A DNA stretch of 64,000 bases from a bacterium (GCA_030704665.1 JAUYID010000009.1:330460-394459), one strand, 5' to 3'; positions 1-8,205 are shown, counted from the stretch's first letter. A program made the numbers and translations. Notes: generated from the letters alone by a model not told the origin.

Positions 1-2
1 GA

Positions 3-26
3 TTGAATTTAAGTGAAGGAAAAAGT
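3..26 (+). repeat. Copy 1 of the conserved 24-nt upstream motif TTGAATTTAAG(T/C)GAAGGAAAAAGT
   Basis: Read directly. 23 of 24 nt identical to copies at 777, 1899 and 2493. Lies 88 nt upstream of ORF 115..696, at the window edge. Confidence 0.6.
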
Positions 27-114
27 AAACAAGTTTGCATTTACATTGCAGTAAAAGTAAAATCCGAGGTATCGGAAGGAAATCAGCCGGCTGAGAAGCC
101 AGGAGGGGGATTAG

Positions 115-696
115 ATGCTCAGAAGGTTCAGTGACCTCCGGTTCGCTACCTGGTTTTTCCTGGTATTCGTAACGGTTGTCTGCACACCGTTCGGGTTTGT
201 CATGGTCAACTACTTGGACTACACGCGCAAGGAGGCTGTTTTCTACATGGCGCAGCCGTTCGTGATCGGTGTTTGGGTCCTGATCACGGCGTACGGTATT
301 AGAGGACTAAGCGGTCAACATAGCTGGCGGAAAGCCAGAAGGGAGGTCATTGTGGCTGCCCAAACTGAGGTCAAGGTCAAGTCTTTCAGTTGGTTCGCCT
401 ATATGGAGTCGGATGGCTCAAAGGCGCGTGCCATCTCTCCAATGCTCGGCCTGCTAGTCGTGCGACCAACGGTGCGGGAAGCAGTTGACGAGATGCTCGG
501 TCTCGCCGAGGACTACCTCAAGTTCGCGATCGAAGCTGGTGATGAGGACGTTTCACGCCCAACCCCGGTGGAGGCTGTGGAAGCGCACCTTCTCAAGTTC
601 ATCTGGCAGTGCAGTTCTAGGGCGGAGATGCAGGGACAATTTTGGTCTTGTGGTGTGATTCAGAAGGATCTCTCCAAGGCAGAGTGGGACGAGTAA
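115..696 (+). CDS. Hypothetical protein with two N-terminal TM helices, GC-rich (~55%)
   Basis: 193-aa ORF; hydrophobic N-terminus (FATWFFLVFVTVVCTPFGFVMV, FVIGVWVLITAYGI); no recognisable family. GC clearly above neighbouring genes. Preceded by motif copy 1. Confidence 0.5.
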   Translation: MLRRFSDLRFATWFFLVFVTVVCTPFGFVMVNYLDYTRKEAVFYMAQPFVIGVWVLITAYGIRGLSGQHSWRKARREVIVAAQTEVKVKSFSWFAYMESDGSKARAISPMLGLLVVRPTVREAVDEMLGLAEDYLKFAIEAGDEDVSRPTPVEAVEAHLLKFIWQCSSRAEMQGQFWSCGVIQKDLSKAEWDE

Positions 697-776
697 CAAA
701 CACATAGTAGTTGGATTTCATTTCCAACTCGAGGGTCGTCGCAGTCATGCAGCGACCCTTTCCAATTCCAAAAAGA

Positions 777-800
777 TTGAATTTGAGCGAAGGAAAAAGT
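777..800 (+). repeat. Copy 2 of the conserved upstream motif (TTGAATTTGAGCGAAGGAAAAAGT)
   Basis: Read directly. Followed 0 nt later by TATTAT, which is at -10 spacing (17 nt) if TTGAAT acts as a -35. Lies 47 nt upstream of the RidA ORF. Confidence 0.6.
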
Positions 801-847
801 ATTATATTTTAAAAACTAAGAATTATAGAATAAGGTTGTTTTAAATT

Positions 848-1228
848 ATGAAAACAAAAGTTGAAACTGACGAAGCGCCAAAGGCACCTGGTTTACTTTC
901 CCAGGGAATCGTCGATGGCAATATGATCTACGTTGCTGGGCAAATCCACAGCACGCCCGACGGAAAGGTGATTGAGGGAACCACTGAAGAAAAAACTCAC
1001 CAAGTAATCAAAAATCTATCCGCAATTCTGAAAGCTGCTGGTGCCGATCTGACCCACGTCGTTAAAGTAACTATTTACGTTACCGACATTGCCGAATTGC
1101 CGAAACTCAATGAAGTCTACAAAACCTATTTCACCACTGAGCCCCTGCCGGTCAGAGAAGCAGTCTGCGTCAAAGCCCTTCCTCTCGGTGCAACAATCGA
1201 AATGAGCTGCATCGCCTCCAAAGACTGA
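848..1228 (+). CDS. RidA/YjgF/TdcF-family reactive-intermediate deaminase
   Basis: 126 aa; typical RidA fold signature (GxxxVAGQI..., VKVTIYVTD..., C-terminal PLGAxIEMxCIA). Low-GC coding. Ends with TGA. Confidence 0.85.
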   Translation: MKTKVETDEAPKAPGLLSQGIVDGNMIYVAGQIHSTPDGKVIEGTTEEKTHQVIKNLSAILKAAGADLTHVVKVTIYVTDIAELPKLNEVYKTYFTTEPLPVREAVCVKALPLGATIEMSCIASKD

Positions 1229-1326
1229 TTGAAGTCTTTCACCCCAGCCAAAAACTAACAAATTCTTGAAGACAAACCCATAGTGTTGTATAATCCTTGG
1301 CATCTATACCTGTGTTGGGTGTAGAA

Positions 1327-1836
1327 ATGAAAGGGAGTTGTACTCCCAGAAGGGGAAGAATCGTGAGTAAGATCAGTGTGGAACTGCAGACAGTTGACCT
1401 CGGTCATGGTGATGTACGGCCTATACCGGCGGAGTTCGTGGTGAAAGCCTTCCGCGCAGCTCACTTGTGCCAACACCAGTGGTTGGGCAAGTTCGCCGAC
1501 TTTCTGGAGGCGATCAAGATTCATTGGGGAACTCACTCAACCGAGGTTCAATTCACCTTCTACTTCAAAGGGGCCGTTGCGGGAGGTGGCAAGACGGAGA
1601 TCGAGGTAGGGTGGAATCGGGCCGGTTGTTTCATCAACGAAAACTACATCAACGATTGGCCTTACCGGAAAGTCGTTTGGGAAAGGGACACACCATTGGA
1701 CCTATCGTCCCTGCTGGCCTTGCTGGTGAAGCGAGCCCTTCGGCAGGCTTTCGAGGAGCGGGTTCAGAAGGGCAACGATTCACTAGAGATCGTCGAGACA
1801 ATTCCAGTCACCGACTGGACACCGTCTAACCCGTAG
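1327..1836 (+). CDS. Hypothetical protein, GC-rich (~55%); start uncertain (TTG 1297 / ATG 1327 / GTG 1363 with AGGGGA SD)
   Basis: Open frame 1297..1836 with no family recognised. An extended -10 (TGtTGTATAAT) lies at about 1284-1294. No copy of the 24-nt motif precedes this ORF. Confidence 0.45.
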   Translation: MKGSCTPRRGRIVSKISVELQTVDLGHGDVRPIPAEFVVKAFRAAHLCQHQWLGKFADFLEAIKIHWGTHSTEVQFTFYFKGAVAGGGKTEIEVGWNRAGCFINENYINDWPYRKVVWERDTPLDLSSLLALLVKRALRQAFEERVQKGNDSLEIVETIPVTDWTPSNP

Positions 1837-1898
1837 AGTTCGAAAGACTGCAACACACAAGCGCTACGAGCAATCGTGGCGCTTCCCATTTTCAAAGG

Positions 1899-1922
1899 TT
1901 GAATTTAAGCGAAGGAAAAAGT
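1899..1922 (+). repeat. Copy 3 of the conserved upstream motif (TTGAATTTAAGCGAAGGAAAAAGT)
   Basis: Read directly, 13 nt upstream of ATG 1936. Preceded by an imperfect hairpin (GCGCTACGAgcaaTCGTgGCGC) that follows the stop of the previous ORF. Confidence 0.6.
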
Positions 1923-1935
1923 TAAAATTTATGCG

Positions 1936-2481
1936 ATGGAAACAATCAACTTGGGTAAACTTAGTTTCATTCCTTTTGTAGAAGAACCAGAGCTTGTGGC
2001 TGCGACTGTAAAAGACCTCATTGAAAAGAATAACCTTGCCGATAAAGTTTGGGTTAGCAAAATTGACCCTGGGCTAGCTGATACGGCTGCTTTTTGTGAG
2101 CATTACGAAATTGGCATGGATGTAGCGGCCAACTGTGTGATAGTTGAAGCTAGTCGTGCCGAGCGGTCTTGGTACGCTGTTTGTCTTGTTCTCGCTACAA
2201 CTCGCGCTGATATCAACGGAGTAGTCCGGAGAAAACTTGATGCAAGAAGAGCCTCTTTTGCTCCGATGGAGACTGCAGTGTCCTTGACAAAAATGGAGTA
2301 CGGGGGAATTACACCAATAGGGCTACCAGAAGAATGGCCAATTCTGATTGATGAAGCAGTATGTAAACAAGAGCGAGTAATAGTTGGAAGTGGCATTCGC
2401 GGCTCGAAACTTTTGGTGGCAACAAGCCTATTTACTGAACTTCCCAACGCTGAAATACTTCCTATCACTAAGACCGAATAA
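1936..2481 (+). CDS. YbaK/ProX-family aminoacyl-tRNA deacylase-like (editing-domain) protein
   Basis: 181 aa. GGITPIG and IVGSGIRGSKLLV align with the YbaK GGISPLG / YVSGGKRGLDIEL motifs. Confidence 0.7.
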   Translation: METINLGKLSFIPFVEEPELVAATVKDLIEKNNLADKVWVSKIDPGLADTAAFCEHYEIGMDVAANCVIVEASRAERSWYAVCLVLATTRADINGVVRRKLDARRASFAPMETAVSLTKMEYGGITPIGLPEEWPILIDEAVCKQERVIVGSGIRGSKLLVATSLFTELPNAEILPITKTE

Positions 2482-2492
2482 TTCACAAGAAG

Positions 2493-2516
2493 TTGAATTT
2501 AAGCGAAGGAAAAAGT
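2493..2516 (+). repeat. Copy 4 of the conserved upstream motif (TTGAATTTAAGCGAAGGAAAAAGT)
   Basis: Read directly, 11 nt after the stop of the YbaK-like ORF and 24 nt before a short ORF starting at 2541. Confidence 0.6.
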
Positions 2517-2540
2517 GATTACTAATAGTTTGTGTCGATA

Positions 2541-2711
2541 ATGGTGTTGACGTTGACAACAATGTTGGTGTTGTCACCAGTGTTGACAAAAACGTCTATA
2601 CTGGTAATACTAGAAAAAGATCTGCCTTATGAATTTTCTAACTGTCCAAAAACTCTCTGCAATGTCTCTTTCTGGAATTTCAACTTTAAAAAAAATAAAT
2701 TTGTGGGCTGA
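2541..2711 (+). CDS. Possible 56-aa hydrophobic small protein (MVLTLTTMLVLSPVLTKTSILVILEKDL...)
   Basis: ATG 2541, TGA 2709-2711 in frame, translated by hand; below the 60-aa cutoff of the ORF track. Sits exactly where a fifth cassette ORF would be expected after motif copy 4. The GTTGAC-rich codon repeats could equally be a non-coding hairpin region. Confidence 0.2.
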   Translation: MVLTLTTMLVLSPVLTKTSILVILEKDLPYEFSNCPKTLCNVSFWNFNFKKNKFVG

Positions 2712-2714
2712 CAA

Positions 2715-2815
2715 GGCAAACCACTGGGGTGGGGTACGGGTTCTGACCCCGTTTCTACCGTTTACAAAACGGTTGCATCACCATTATGCTAACCCCACCG
2801 TAAGGTTGGTTTGCC
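2715..2815 (+). ncRNA. Candidate structured RNA: closed multi-branch fold (P1 GGCAAACCA/TGGTTTGCC; P2 GGTGGGGT/ACCCCACC; three internal hairpins)
   Basis: Complementary segments read directly: 9-bp and 8-bp closing helices enclose hairpins ACGGG-TTCTGA-CCCGT, ACCGTTT-ACA-AAACGGT and GCAT...ATGC. No ORF >60 aa anywhere in 2600..3350. Confidence 0.3.
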
Positions 2816-2914
2816 TCGCCAACTCATAAATCGAAAGCTGGTTGACAACCTCAACCACGTCATTAGCTTACTTATTGGCACTTGTCGGGATTAAAAATCC
2901 TGATTTGTGCCAAC

Positions 2915-2952
2915 GAAATCCCGCTGGAGCGCGCCGCTTTTTGCGGGATTTC
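2915..2952 (+). terminator. Strong hairpin GAAATCCCGC-(18 nt)-GCGGGATTTC followed by a T-rich tract; terminator-like or RNA structural element
   Basis: Perfect 10-bp inverted repeat read directly, followed by TTGATTG. Confidence 0.35.
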
Positions 2953-3354
2953 TTGATTGTAATTGATACAATCATTTCAACATCACCTTACCTTTCCGCC
3001 CTGTTGGGCTAATGGCTAAAGACCCTTTTAGGGGAAGGTAGGTTAGACGGATTGAGGTTGCCAAGCAACTATCGACTTTTTAAAGCGCAAAAGCCACCCT
3101 TTTTTGCGAGTGGCTTTACAGCCCGTCGCAAGAATTTCTTAGTCCTCTTGTTTTGCCGCTTTCTAAAGTTATTCAACTTCTTTAGCGACGGGGCAATCGT
3201 TAGATTGCTTCTTTTATTAAAGACATTGAAACTGAGATTGTCAAGGCTAAGGTAGAGTAGTAATTAGGTTCTTAGAGTTGAATTTTCGCTGAATGGGCAG
3301 AGTAAATAGTTATGTAGTAAACAGAAAATTTTACTTCTTTTAGACCTAAGTTTT

Positions 3355-3968
3355 TTGCTCGATCGAGCATCTTTTCTTTTTGCTATACTTTCCCAAATGA
3401 CAGCTGAAGTGCCGCAAATTTATATTCTCGACAGAAAAGCCTGGAGAGAGTGGCTTAGCCAAAACCACGACAAAGTGGGAAGTATTTGGCTCGTTCACGA
3501 CAAGGCCTCCAAAGGTGGAAAACTTTCCTACGACGACTTGGTCGAGGAAGCGCTTTGTTTTGGCTGGATTGACGCTACCCTCAAAAGTTTGGATGAAAAT
3601 CGTTCCATGATTTATGTCTGTGCCCGCAAGCCGAAAAGTATCTGGGCAGCCTCCAATAAAGCTAGAGTTGAAAAGTTAATCAAGAAGGTTTAATGACAAG
3701 GCCCGGCCTTGCAGTGGTTGAGAGGGCCAAAGCAGATGGCTCGTGGTCAGCCTTTGATGTGGTGGAGGATCTAGTCTTGCCAGAGCAGTTGCAAGCAGCC
3801 TTCGCGAAAAACGCTAAGGCCGCCGAGAACTTTGAAAAACTTTCCCTGTCCGTGCGCAAACAAATTCTCTACTATATTTATAGCGCCAAACAAGAAGAAA
3901 CGAGAAAGCAGCGGGTGGAGAAACTACTACCTAGTCTGGCAGAGGGCAAGAATCCGTTTATTGGATAA
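3355..3968 (+). pseudogene. YdeI/OmdA-family (DUF1801-associated, ~190 aa in other bacteria) gene split into two ORFs (3355..3693 and 3693..3968) by a stop/frame change at an overlapping TAATG
   Basis: N-part has the family motif EEALCFGWIDATLKSLDE...KPKSIWAASNKARVEKLIKK. C-part (MTRPGLAVVERAKADGSWSAFDVVEDLVLPE...) continues the same family in another frame. Either a frameshift pseudogene/sequencing error or a genuinely split, translationally coupled pair. Confidence 0.5.
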
Positions 3969-4031
3969 ATTTTGAAGTTGCGCAAAGTTTTCAACGGCTA
4001 AAGTTTGTGTTACGATAAATGCAGTCTGCCC

Positions 4032-5393
4032 ATGACTTACCTCAGGAAATTTCTTCACAACAAAATTTATTTAGGCTCTGCTCTAGCCGCGGTTCTCCTC
4101 TTAAGTATCGGGGGCGGCTACCTTTTACTCGCCAAAAATTCTGCCAACCCCAAAACCAATTCCGCCTCTTCCAGCTCGGCACAAAAAGAAACCCAAGGCG
4201 GTTCACGTATGGGGGACCCCAATTCCACTGACCCAGTTGAGAAAGGAAAAGCTTTGTCTGGCGGTAATTGTTCTGGTACCGGAAGCAAGAAGTTAAACTC
4301 GGCCCCAATGAGAATCAAGGATATTAGTTACATCCAACCCTACGGACTTTTGGCCGGCCCTCACGTGACGCCAATCGATCACGGTTATTACTGGGGCAAG
4401 GTTCCTTTCGGAGATCCAGATCTGTACGACGTTCTAGCACTTTCGGATGGGAAAATCGTCAATATTGGCTATCGGGATCGCAGTGGCGAGGGCAGGAAAG
4501 TAAAAGGGGATTATCGGGTTGTGATCAGCTACTCCTGTACGTTTTTCAGTTACTTCGATCTGGCCACCAGTCTGGATCCAGCAATTCGCAGGCAGCTGCC
4601 AAAGGATTGGGAAAAAGCTGACAACAAAGTCGTTAATACGGATATAAACATTAAAGAGGGACAAGTTTTGGCGAAATTTGGCGGGCAATCCCTAGATTTT
4701 GCAGTTTGGGATACCACCAAACAATTAAAAAACCTGCTCGTTCCAACTGCCTACAACAATGCCGAGCCTTGGAAGATCAACACGGTTAATCCTCTGGAAT
4801 ATTTCTCAGACTCGGTTAAATCACAAATACTACCGTTTTACTTGAGAAAAGTTGAGCCGCTTGATGGGGTGATCGATCAGGATATCGATGGCAAGGCCGC
4901 CGGAAATTGGTTTGCCGAAGGGACCAATGGTTACGCTGGAGTTTTTAGCTATGGTAGTGCCGGTGGAGGACAAAACAACTACTGGGCCGGGCACTTGGCT
5001 TTGGTACACGATCTTTACGAGCCGAGCGGTTGGGTTTTCTCGATTGGGAATTTAAACGGTGAAGCGAAGCAGTTTGGCATTAAAGCACCAAGTCCAACCC
5101 CGGACAAACTTGAAATTGCCAGCGGACTGGTAAAATACGAAATTGGCGCGTGGCAACACGTTGAAACAAACGGCAATGTTTGGCTAGGTAAGGCCTTTCC
5201 AACTGGTGGTCTAAAAATGAAAGTGGGGAATAGTCAGGGAACGGTGTTAGTTCAATTATTAGAAAAAAGAAAGCTAAAAATTGAGGTTTTCCTCAATAAG
5301 ACCCCTTCCCAGGTTTCTGGTTTCACTTCTGCTGCTCGGATCTACGACCGCGGCGACAACGCCAAAATGATTAAATCCAACACTGCCACGTAG
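4032..5393 (+). CDS. Hypothetical secreted/membrane-anchored protein (N-terminal signal-anchor LGSALAAVLLLSIGGGYLLL)
   Basis: Long ORF (track 4005..5393); ATG at 4032 gives an N-terminus followed by a TM segment. No family recognised; Gly/Asn/Trp-rich extracellular region. Confidence 0.55.
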   Translation: MTYLRKFLHNKIYLGSALAAVLLLSIGGGYLLLAKNSANPKTNSASSSSAQKETQGGSRMGDPNSTDPVEKGKALSGGNCSGTGSKKLNSAPMRIKDISYIQPYGLLAGPHVTPIDHGYYWGKVPFGDPDLYDVLALSDGKIVNIGYRDRSGEGRKVKGDYRVVISYSCTFFSYFDLATSLDPAIRRQLPKDWEKADNKVVNTDINIKEGQVLAKFGGQSLDFAVWDTTKQLKNLLVPTAYNNAEPWKINTVNPLEYFSDSVKSQILPFYLRKVEPLDGVIDQDIDGKAAGNWFAEGTNGYAGVFSYGSAGGGQNNYWAGHLALVHDLYEPSGWVFSIGNLNGEAKQFGIKAPSPTPDKLEIASGLVKYEIGAWQHVETNGNVWLGKAFPTGGLKMKVGNSQGTVLVQLLEKRKLKIEVFLNKTPSQVSGFTSAARIYDRGDNAKMIKSNTAT

Positions 5394-5422
5394 CGAAAAG
5401 ATTCAGACTAAGAGTCTCCAGA

Positions 5423-5842
5423 TCACAAAAGCTTTCTCTTTTTCATTTCTTGCAGATTGTGCTCGATTATCTTTTTGAGAACGGATCCATCCACATCGGA
5501 GAGCTTGTTGATGTAGAGACAACCCTTGCTGGTCTTGTGTTTGCCAAGTTTTGCTAGCAGGTTGGGATCGTCCAGACCTAACATTATGTATAGCGTTAGA
5601 TTTTGCTTGCGGGGAGAAAAGCCGGTCAGTGGCCAGTCGCCCTCCTGAGCGCTGCGTTCGGATTTGTAGTGGTATTGCCCAAAACCGACAATGCTTGGAC
5701 CCCACATTTTGGGTCTTTCGCCGGTTACTTCCTCGAAAATTTCCAATAGTTTGAAACTGTCTTTTCTTTTGATTTCTTCCGGAACAGCGTTTAAGAAATC
5801 TCTGACACTGGCATCATTTACCTTTGTCTTCAGTTCGGCCAT
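5423..5842 (-). CDS. DUF1801 (YdhG-like) domain protein
   Basis: 139 aa; N-terminal KVNDASVRDFLNAVPEE...FKLLEIFEEVTGE is characteristic of the DUF1801 family. Confidence 0.65.
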   Translation of the reverse strand: MAELKTKVNDASVRDFLNAVPEEIKRKDSFKLLEIFEEVTGERPKMWGPSIVGFGQYHYKSERSAQEGDWPLTGFSPRKQNLTLYIMLGLDDPNLLAKLGKHKTSKGCLYINKLSDVDGSVLKKIIEHNLQEMKKRKLL

Positions 5843-5871
5843 CTGCAGAGATTATATTAAGACAAGGGAAA

Positions 5872-7086
5872 TTATTCAACAAAGGTTAAGGCAATACCTT
5901 TTTTGTTCGCTCTTCCAGTTCGGCCGATACGGTGAATGTAGTCCTCGTAAGTCTCGGGAAGTTCGTAGTTAATGACGTGAGAAACGTTGTCAATATCTAG
6001 TCCGCGAGCGGCCACGTCAGTTGCCAAAAGAACATTAAACTGGTTATTTTTGAAATCTTTCAGAGTTCGTTGTCTTTGACTTTGCGAGCGGTTGCCGTGA
6101 ATAGCTCCGACCTTAAACCCGCGAGTTTCCAGTTGGCGGGCGAGTTTTTCCACACCGTGTTTGGTACGACCGAAAACCATGACTTTGTCAAATTCCTCTT
6201 GAATCAAAAGATCATGCAAACGCTCCATTTTGGTTCCGGGAGTAACTTTGACCACATTTTGGTCGACATTTTCACTAGTTGGTTGAGTTTGCACTGAAAC
6301 TGTGACCGGATCAGTCACGAAAGCCTGCAGAACTTGTCTGACTTTGGGGTTAATCGTGGCTGAAAAGAAAAGCGATTGTCGAGGACTTGGCAAAAGGGAA
6401 ATAAAGTATTTCACATCATTGATAAAACCAATATCAACCATGAGGTCAACTTCATCAAGAACAATAGTTCGAAAGTTGCCCAGGTTAAGGATTTTTTGCT
6501 GCAGAAGATCTTTCAGTCTTCCGGGAGTGCCGATAACGATGTTTGGATTGCGCTCCAAGTCCCAGCGCTGACGGTTGAGAGAAGCTCCCCCAATACAAAC
6601 TGCTGAATAAATTTTTAAGCCAAAAGAAAAGCTGCGTAGCTCCTCATTGATTTGGGTAGCGAGCTCTCGAGTCGGAGCCACGATCAAAGCTTTCTGGCTT
6701 CGATCACGCCAAATTTTGTTGATGATTGGGATCAAAAAAGCGGCTGTTTTCCCCGTTCCAGTGTTGGCTAGACCAATCAAGTCTCGGCCTTCAAGCATGG
6801 GGCCGATGGCCTTGTCTTGAATTGAAGTAGGTTGAGTGTAACCACGATGCGCGATATTACTTTTTAGTTCTGGGGCAATCGGGAAGCTTGCGAAAGAGTT
6901 GCTCGCTTGATAGCTTTCCGCCTGCAAAACTTCAGCGGCTTTTTTGATAAAGATACTGTGATCAGCACCAATCAATTTACTTTTGTTTTTTCCAGCAAAG
7001 CCAACGGCTTGATTGCCGGCAAATTTGTTATAAAGTTTTCGGCCCTGGTTTGGACGCCCGAATCTACTTCGTTTTTGTCTATACAT
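5872..7086 (-). CDS. DEAD-box ATP-dependent RNA helicase (motif II is DEVD) with a basic RG-rich N-terminal extension
   Basis: Q-motif region GYTQPTSIQ, motif I TGTGKTAAF, Ia APTRELA, GTPGRL, motif II VLDEVDLM, SAT, motif VI HRIGRTGRA. Confidence 0.9.
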   Translation of the reverse strand: MYRQKRSRFGRPNQGRKLYNKFAGNQAVGFAGKNKSKLIGADHSIFIKKAAEVLQAESYQASNSFASFPIAPELKSNIAHRGYTQPTSIQDKAIGPMLEGRDLIGLANTGTGKTAAFLIPIINKIWRDRSQKALIVAPTRELATQINEELRSFSFGLKIYSAVCIGGASLNRQRWDLERNPNIVIGTPGRLKDLLQQKILNLGNFRTIVLDEVDLMVDIGFINDVKYFISLLPSPRQSLFFSATINPKVRQVLQAFVTDPVTVSVQTQPTSENVDQNVVKVTPGTKMERLHDLLIQEEFDKVMVFGRTKHGVEKLARQLETRGFKVGAIHGNRSQSQRQRTLKDFKNNQFNVLLATDVAARGLDIDNVSHVINYELPETYEDYIHRIGRTGRANKKGIALTFVE

Positions 7087-7257
7087 ATTGTTTTTTTGAA
7101 AAGAAAAACTAAGTTGTTAGATGCTTGGTAAAAAGCAAAAGATATCTTAGGAGCTAGTGACCAAAGATATCCGCTAAAGTGGGGATTGAAAGCTTTGTTT
7201 AGCTCTATTTCTGTTTCAACGGGCAGTATATCACGTCTCGTCCAAGAAAGCAAATTA

Positions 7258-8121
7258 CTATCGGTCGTTAGAAGATTGTTTTGGTGGGTTTAGCATCTTA
7301 AGAAATTTTTCTAGTGGGTCATTTTCTTCGTAAAAGAAAGGATCTATCCACACTAGGGAACCATCTTCTGTCTCAACAAAATTGCTTTTCTTGGTTTCGT
7401 GAACCAAAACTTCATCAAGATCGTCTGCCCAGATTTTTTTCCAAAGATCTTGGTCTTCCTTCGTTGAAAGATATCTGTTTGCAATCGCAGCAAATTGTTT
7501 AAACCTTTCAGTATCAAGGAGAGAATCTTCTGGTATGTTTCCTTCCTCGAATCTTACTAAAGAGACCTGTCCTGAAGCAAATAAAAAGTCCGGCATCCGC
7601 ATGTTCAATTTTTCGAAATCTTCTTTCAAATCTGCAGCCATTTCTTGTGTCTGCAGCATTTCGTTTATATAAGGCTGTCGTGCATCTTGATAGTGTGGTG
7701 CCGAAACTCTGTGGGTTTTTAAAATGTATTTTTCGCCTTTGACTTCGAGTAAATAAACATTTGATTGGTTGCCCTGAGAGTAGCGAGATAAGTGATTGCC
7801 CTTTGGTAAATCAGTAGAGTCAAAATATACTGGGTTAGATCCTTCATCTCTTGCATACTCTAACTTTAAAAGACCCTCTTCTATATCCTTAAGGATTCCT
7901 GGATTTGATTTAATAAATCTTTCCCCTTCTTCCGATACCAAAAGAGCAGCTCTCACCTCATCATTTTCTCGATCAAGATAGCCCAGTTTGGGGGATTCAA
8001 AGACTCTATTTCCAAAGCGATCTCTAGAAGAACCTTCGACAGGAGTAAAGTGCTTTACTGGTGCATCAGTTGGTTTTAGTTCTTCTTGGGCATATCTTTC
8101 CGGAGTAAAGAACTCAGACAT
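7258..8121 (-). CDS. Hypothetical cytoplasmic protein; possibly a protein-kinase-like fold (YILKTHR ... LVHETKKSNFV ... WIDPF)
   Basis: 287-aa ORF. Only weak resemblance to kinase/aminoglycoside-phosphotransferase catalytic segments; acidic, no TM. Confidence 0.5.
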   Translation of the reverse strand: MSEFFTPERYAQEELKPTDAPVKHFTPVEGSSRDRFGNRVFESPKLGYLDRENDEVRAALLVSEEGERFIKSNPGILKDIEEGLLKLEYARDEGSNPVYFDSTDLPKGNHLSRYSQGNQSNVYLLEVKGEKYILKTHRVSAPHYQDARQPYINEMLQTQEMAADLKEDFEKLNMRMPDFLFASGQVSLVRFEEGNIPEDSLLDTERFKQFAAIANRYLSTKEDQDLWKKIWADDLDEVLVHETKKSNFVETEDGSLVWIDPFFYEENDPLEKFLKMLNPPKQSSNDR

Positions 8122-8205
8122 AAAGTAAGTATAAGACCAAACTCACCACTAATGGGTTTATTTTATCTTGTTTCTCTCCTGCTAACAAGTTAAATCAAAC
8201 TTATG

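Noticed and set aside
1-2520. Calling the left-edge array a bona fide integron
   Set aside because: No integrase or attI is visible (they would lie outside the window). The conserved element is only 24 nt and only 2 of 4 copies match the GTTRRRY core, so the cassette interpretation is kept as a hypothesis, not an annotation.
2541-2600. GTTGAC / GTTGTC hexamers repeated several times (possible short tandem repeat or CRISPR-like signal)
   Set aside because: Units are only 6 nt with no spacer-repeat periodicity. They form a local palindrome (GTTGACAAC / GTTGTCAC) and can be read as Val-Leu-Thr codons of a small ORF. No CRISPR array is present anywhere in the window.
2600-3350. Assigning the structured ORF-free region to RNase P RNA, tmRNA, SRP or 6S RNA
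   Set aside because: I could not find the conserved P4 strands of RNase P (AGGAAAGUCC…/…ACAGAAACCCGG), the tmRNA tRNA-like ends (GGGG…/…CUCCACCA) or tag-peptide frame, nor the SRP domain IV motif. Left as an unclassified ncRNA candidate.
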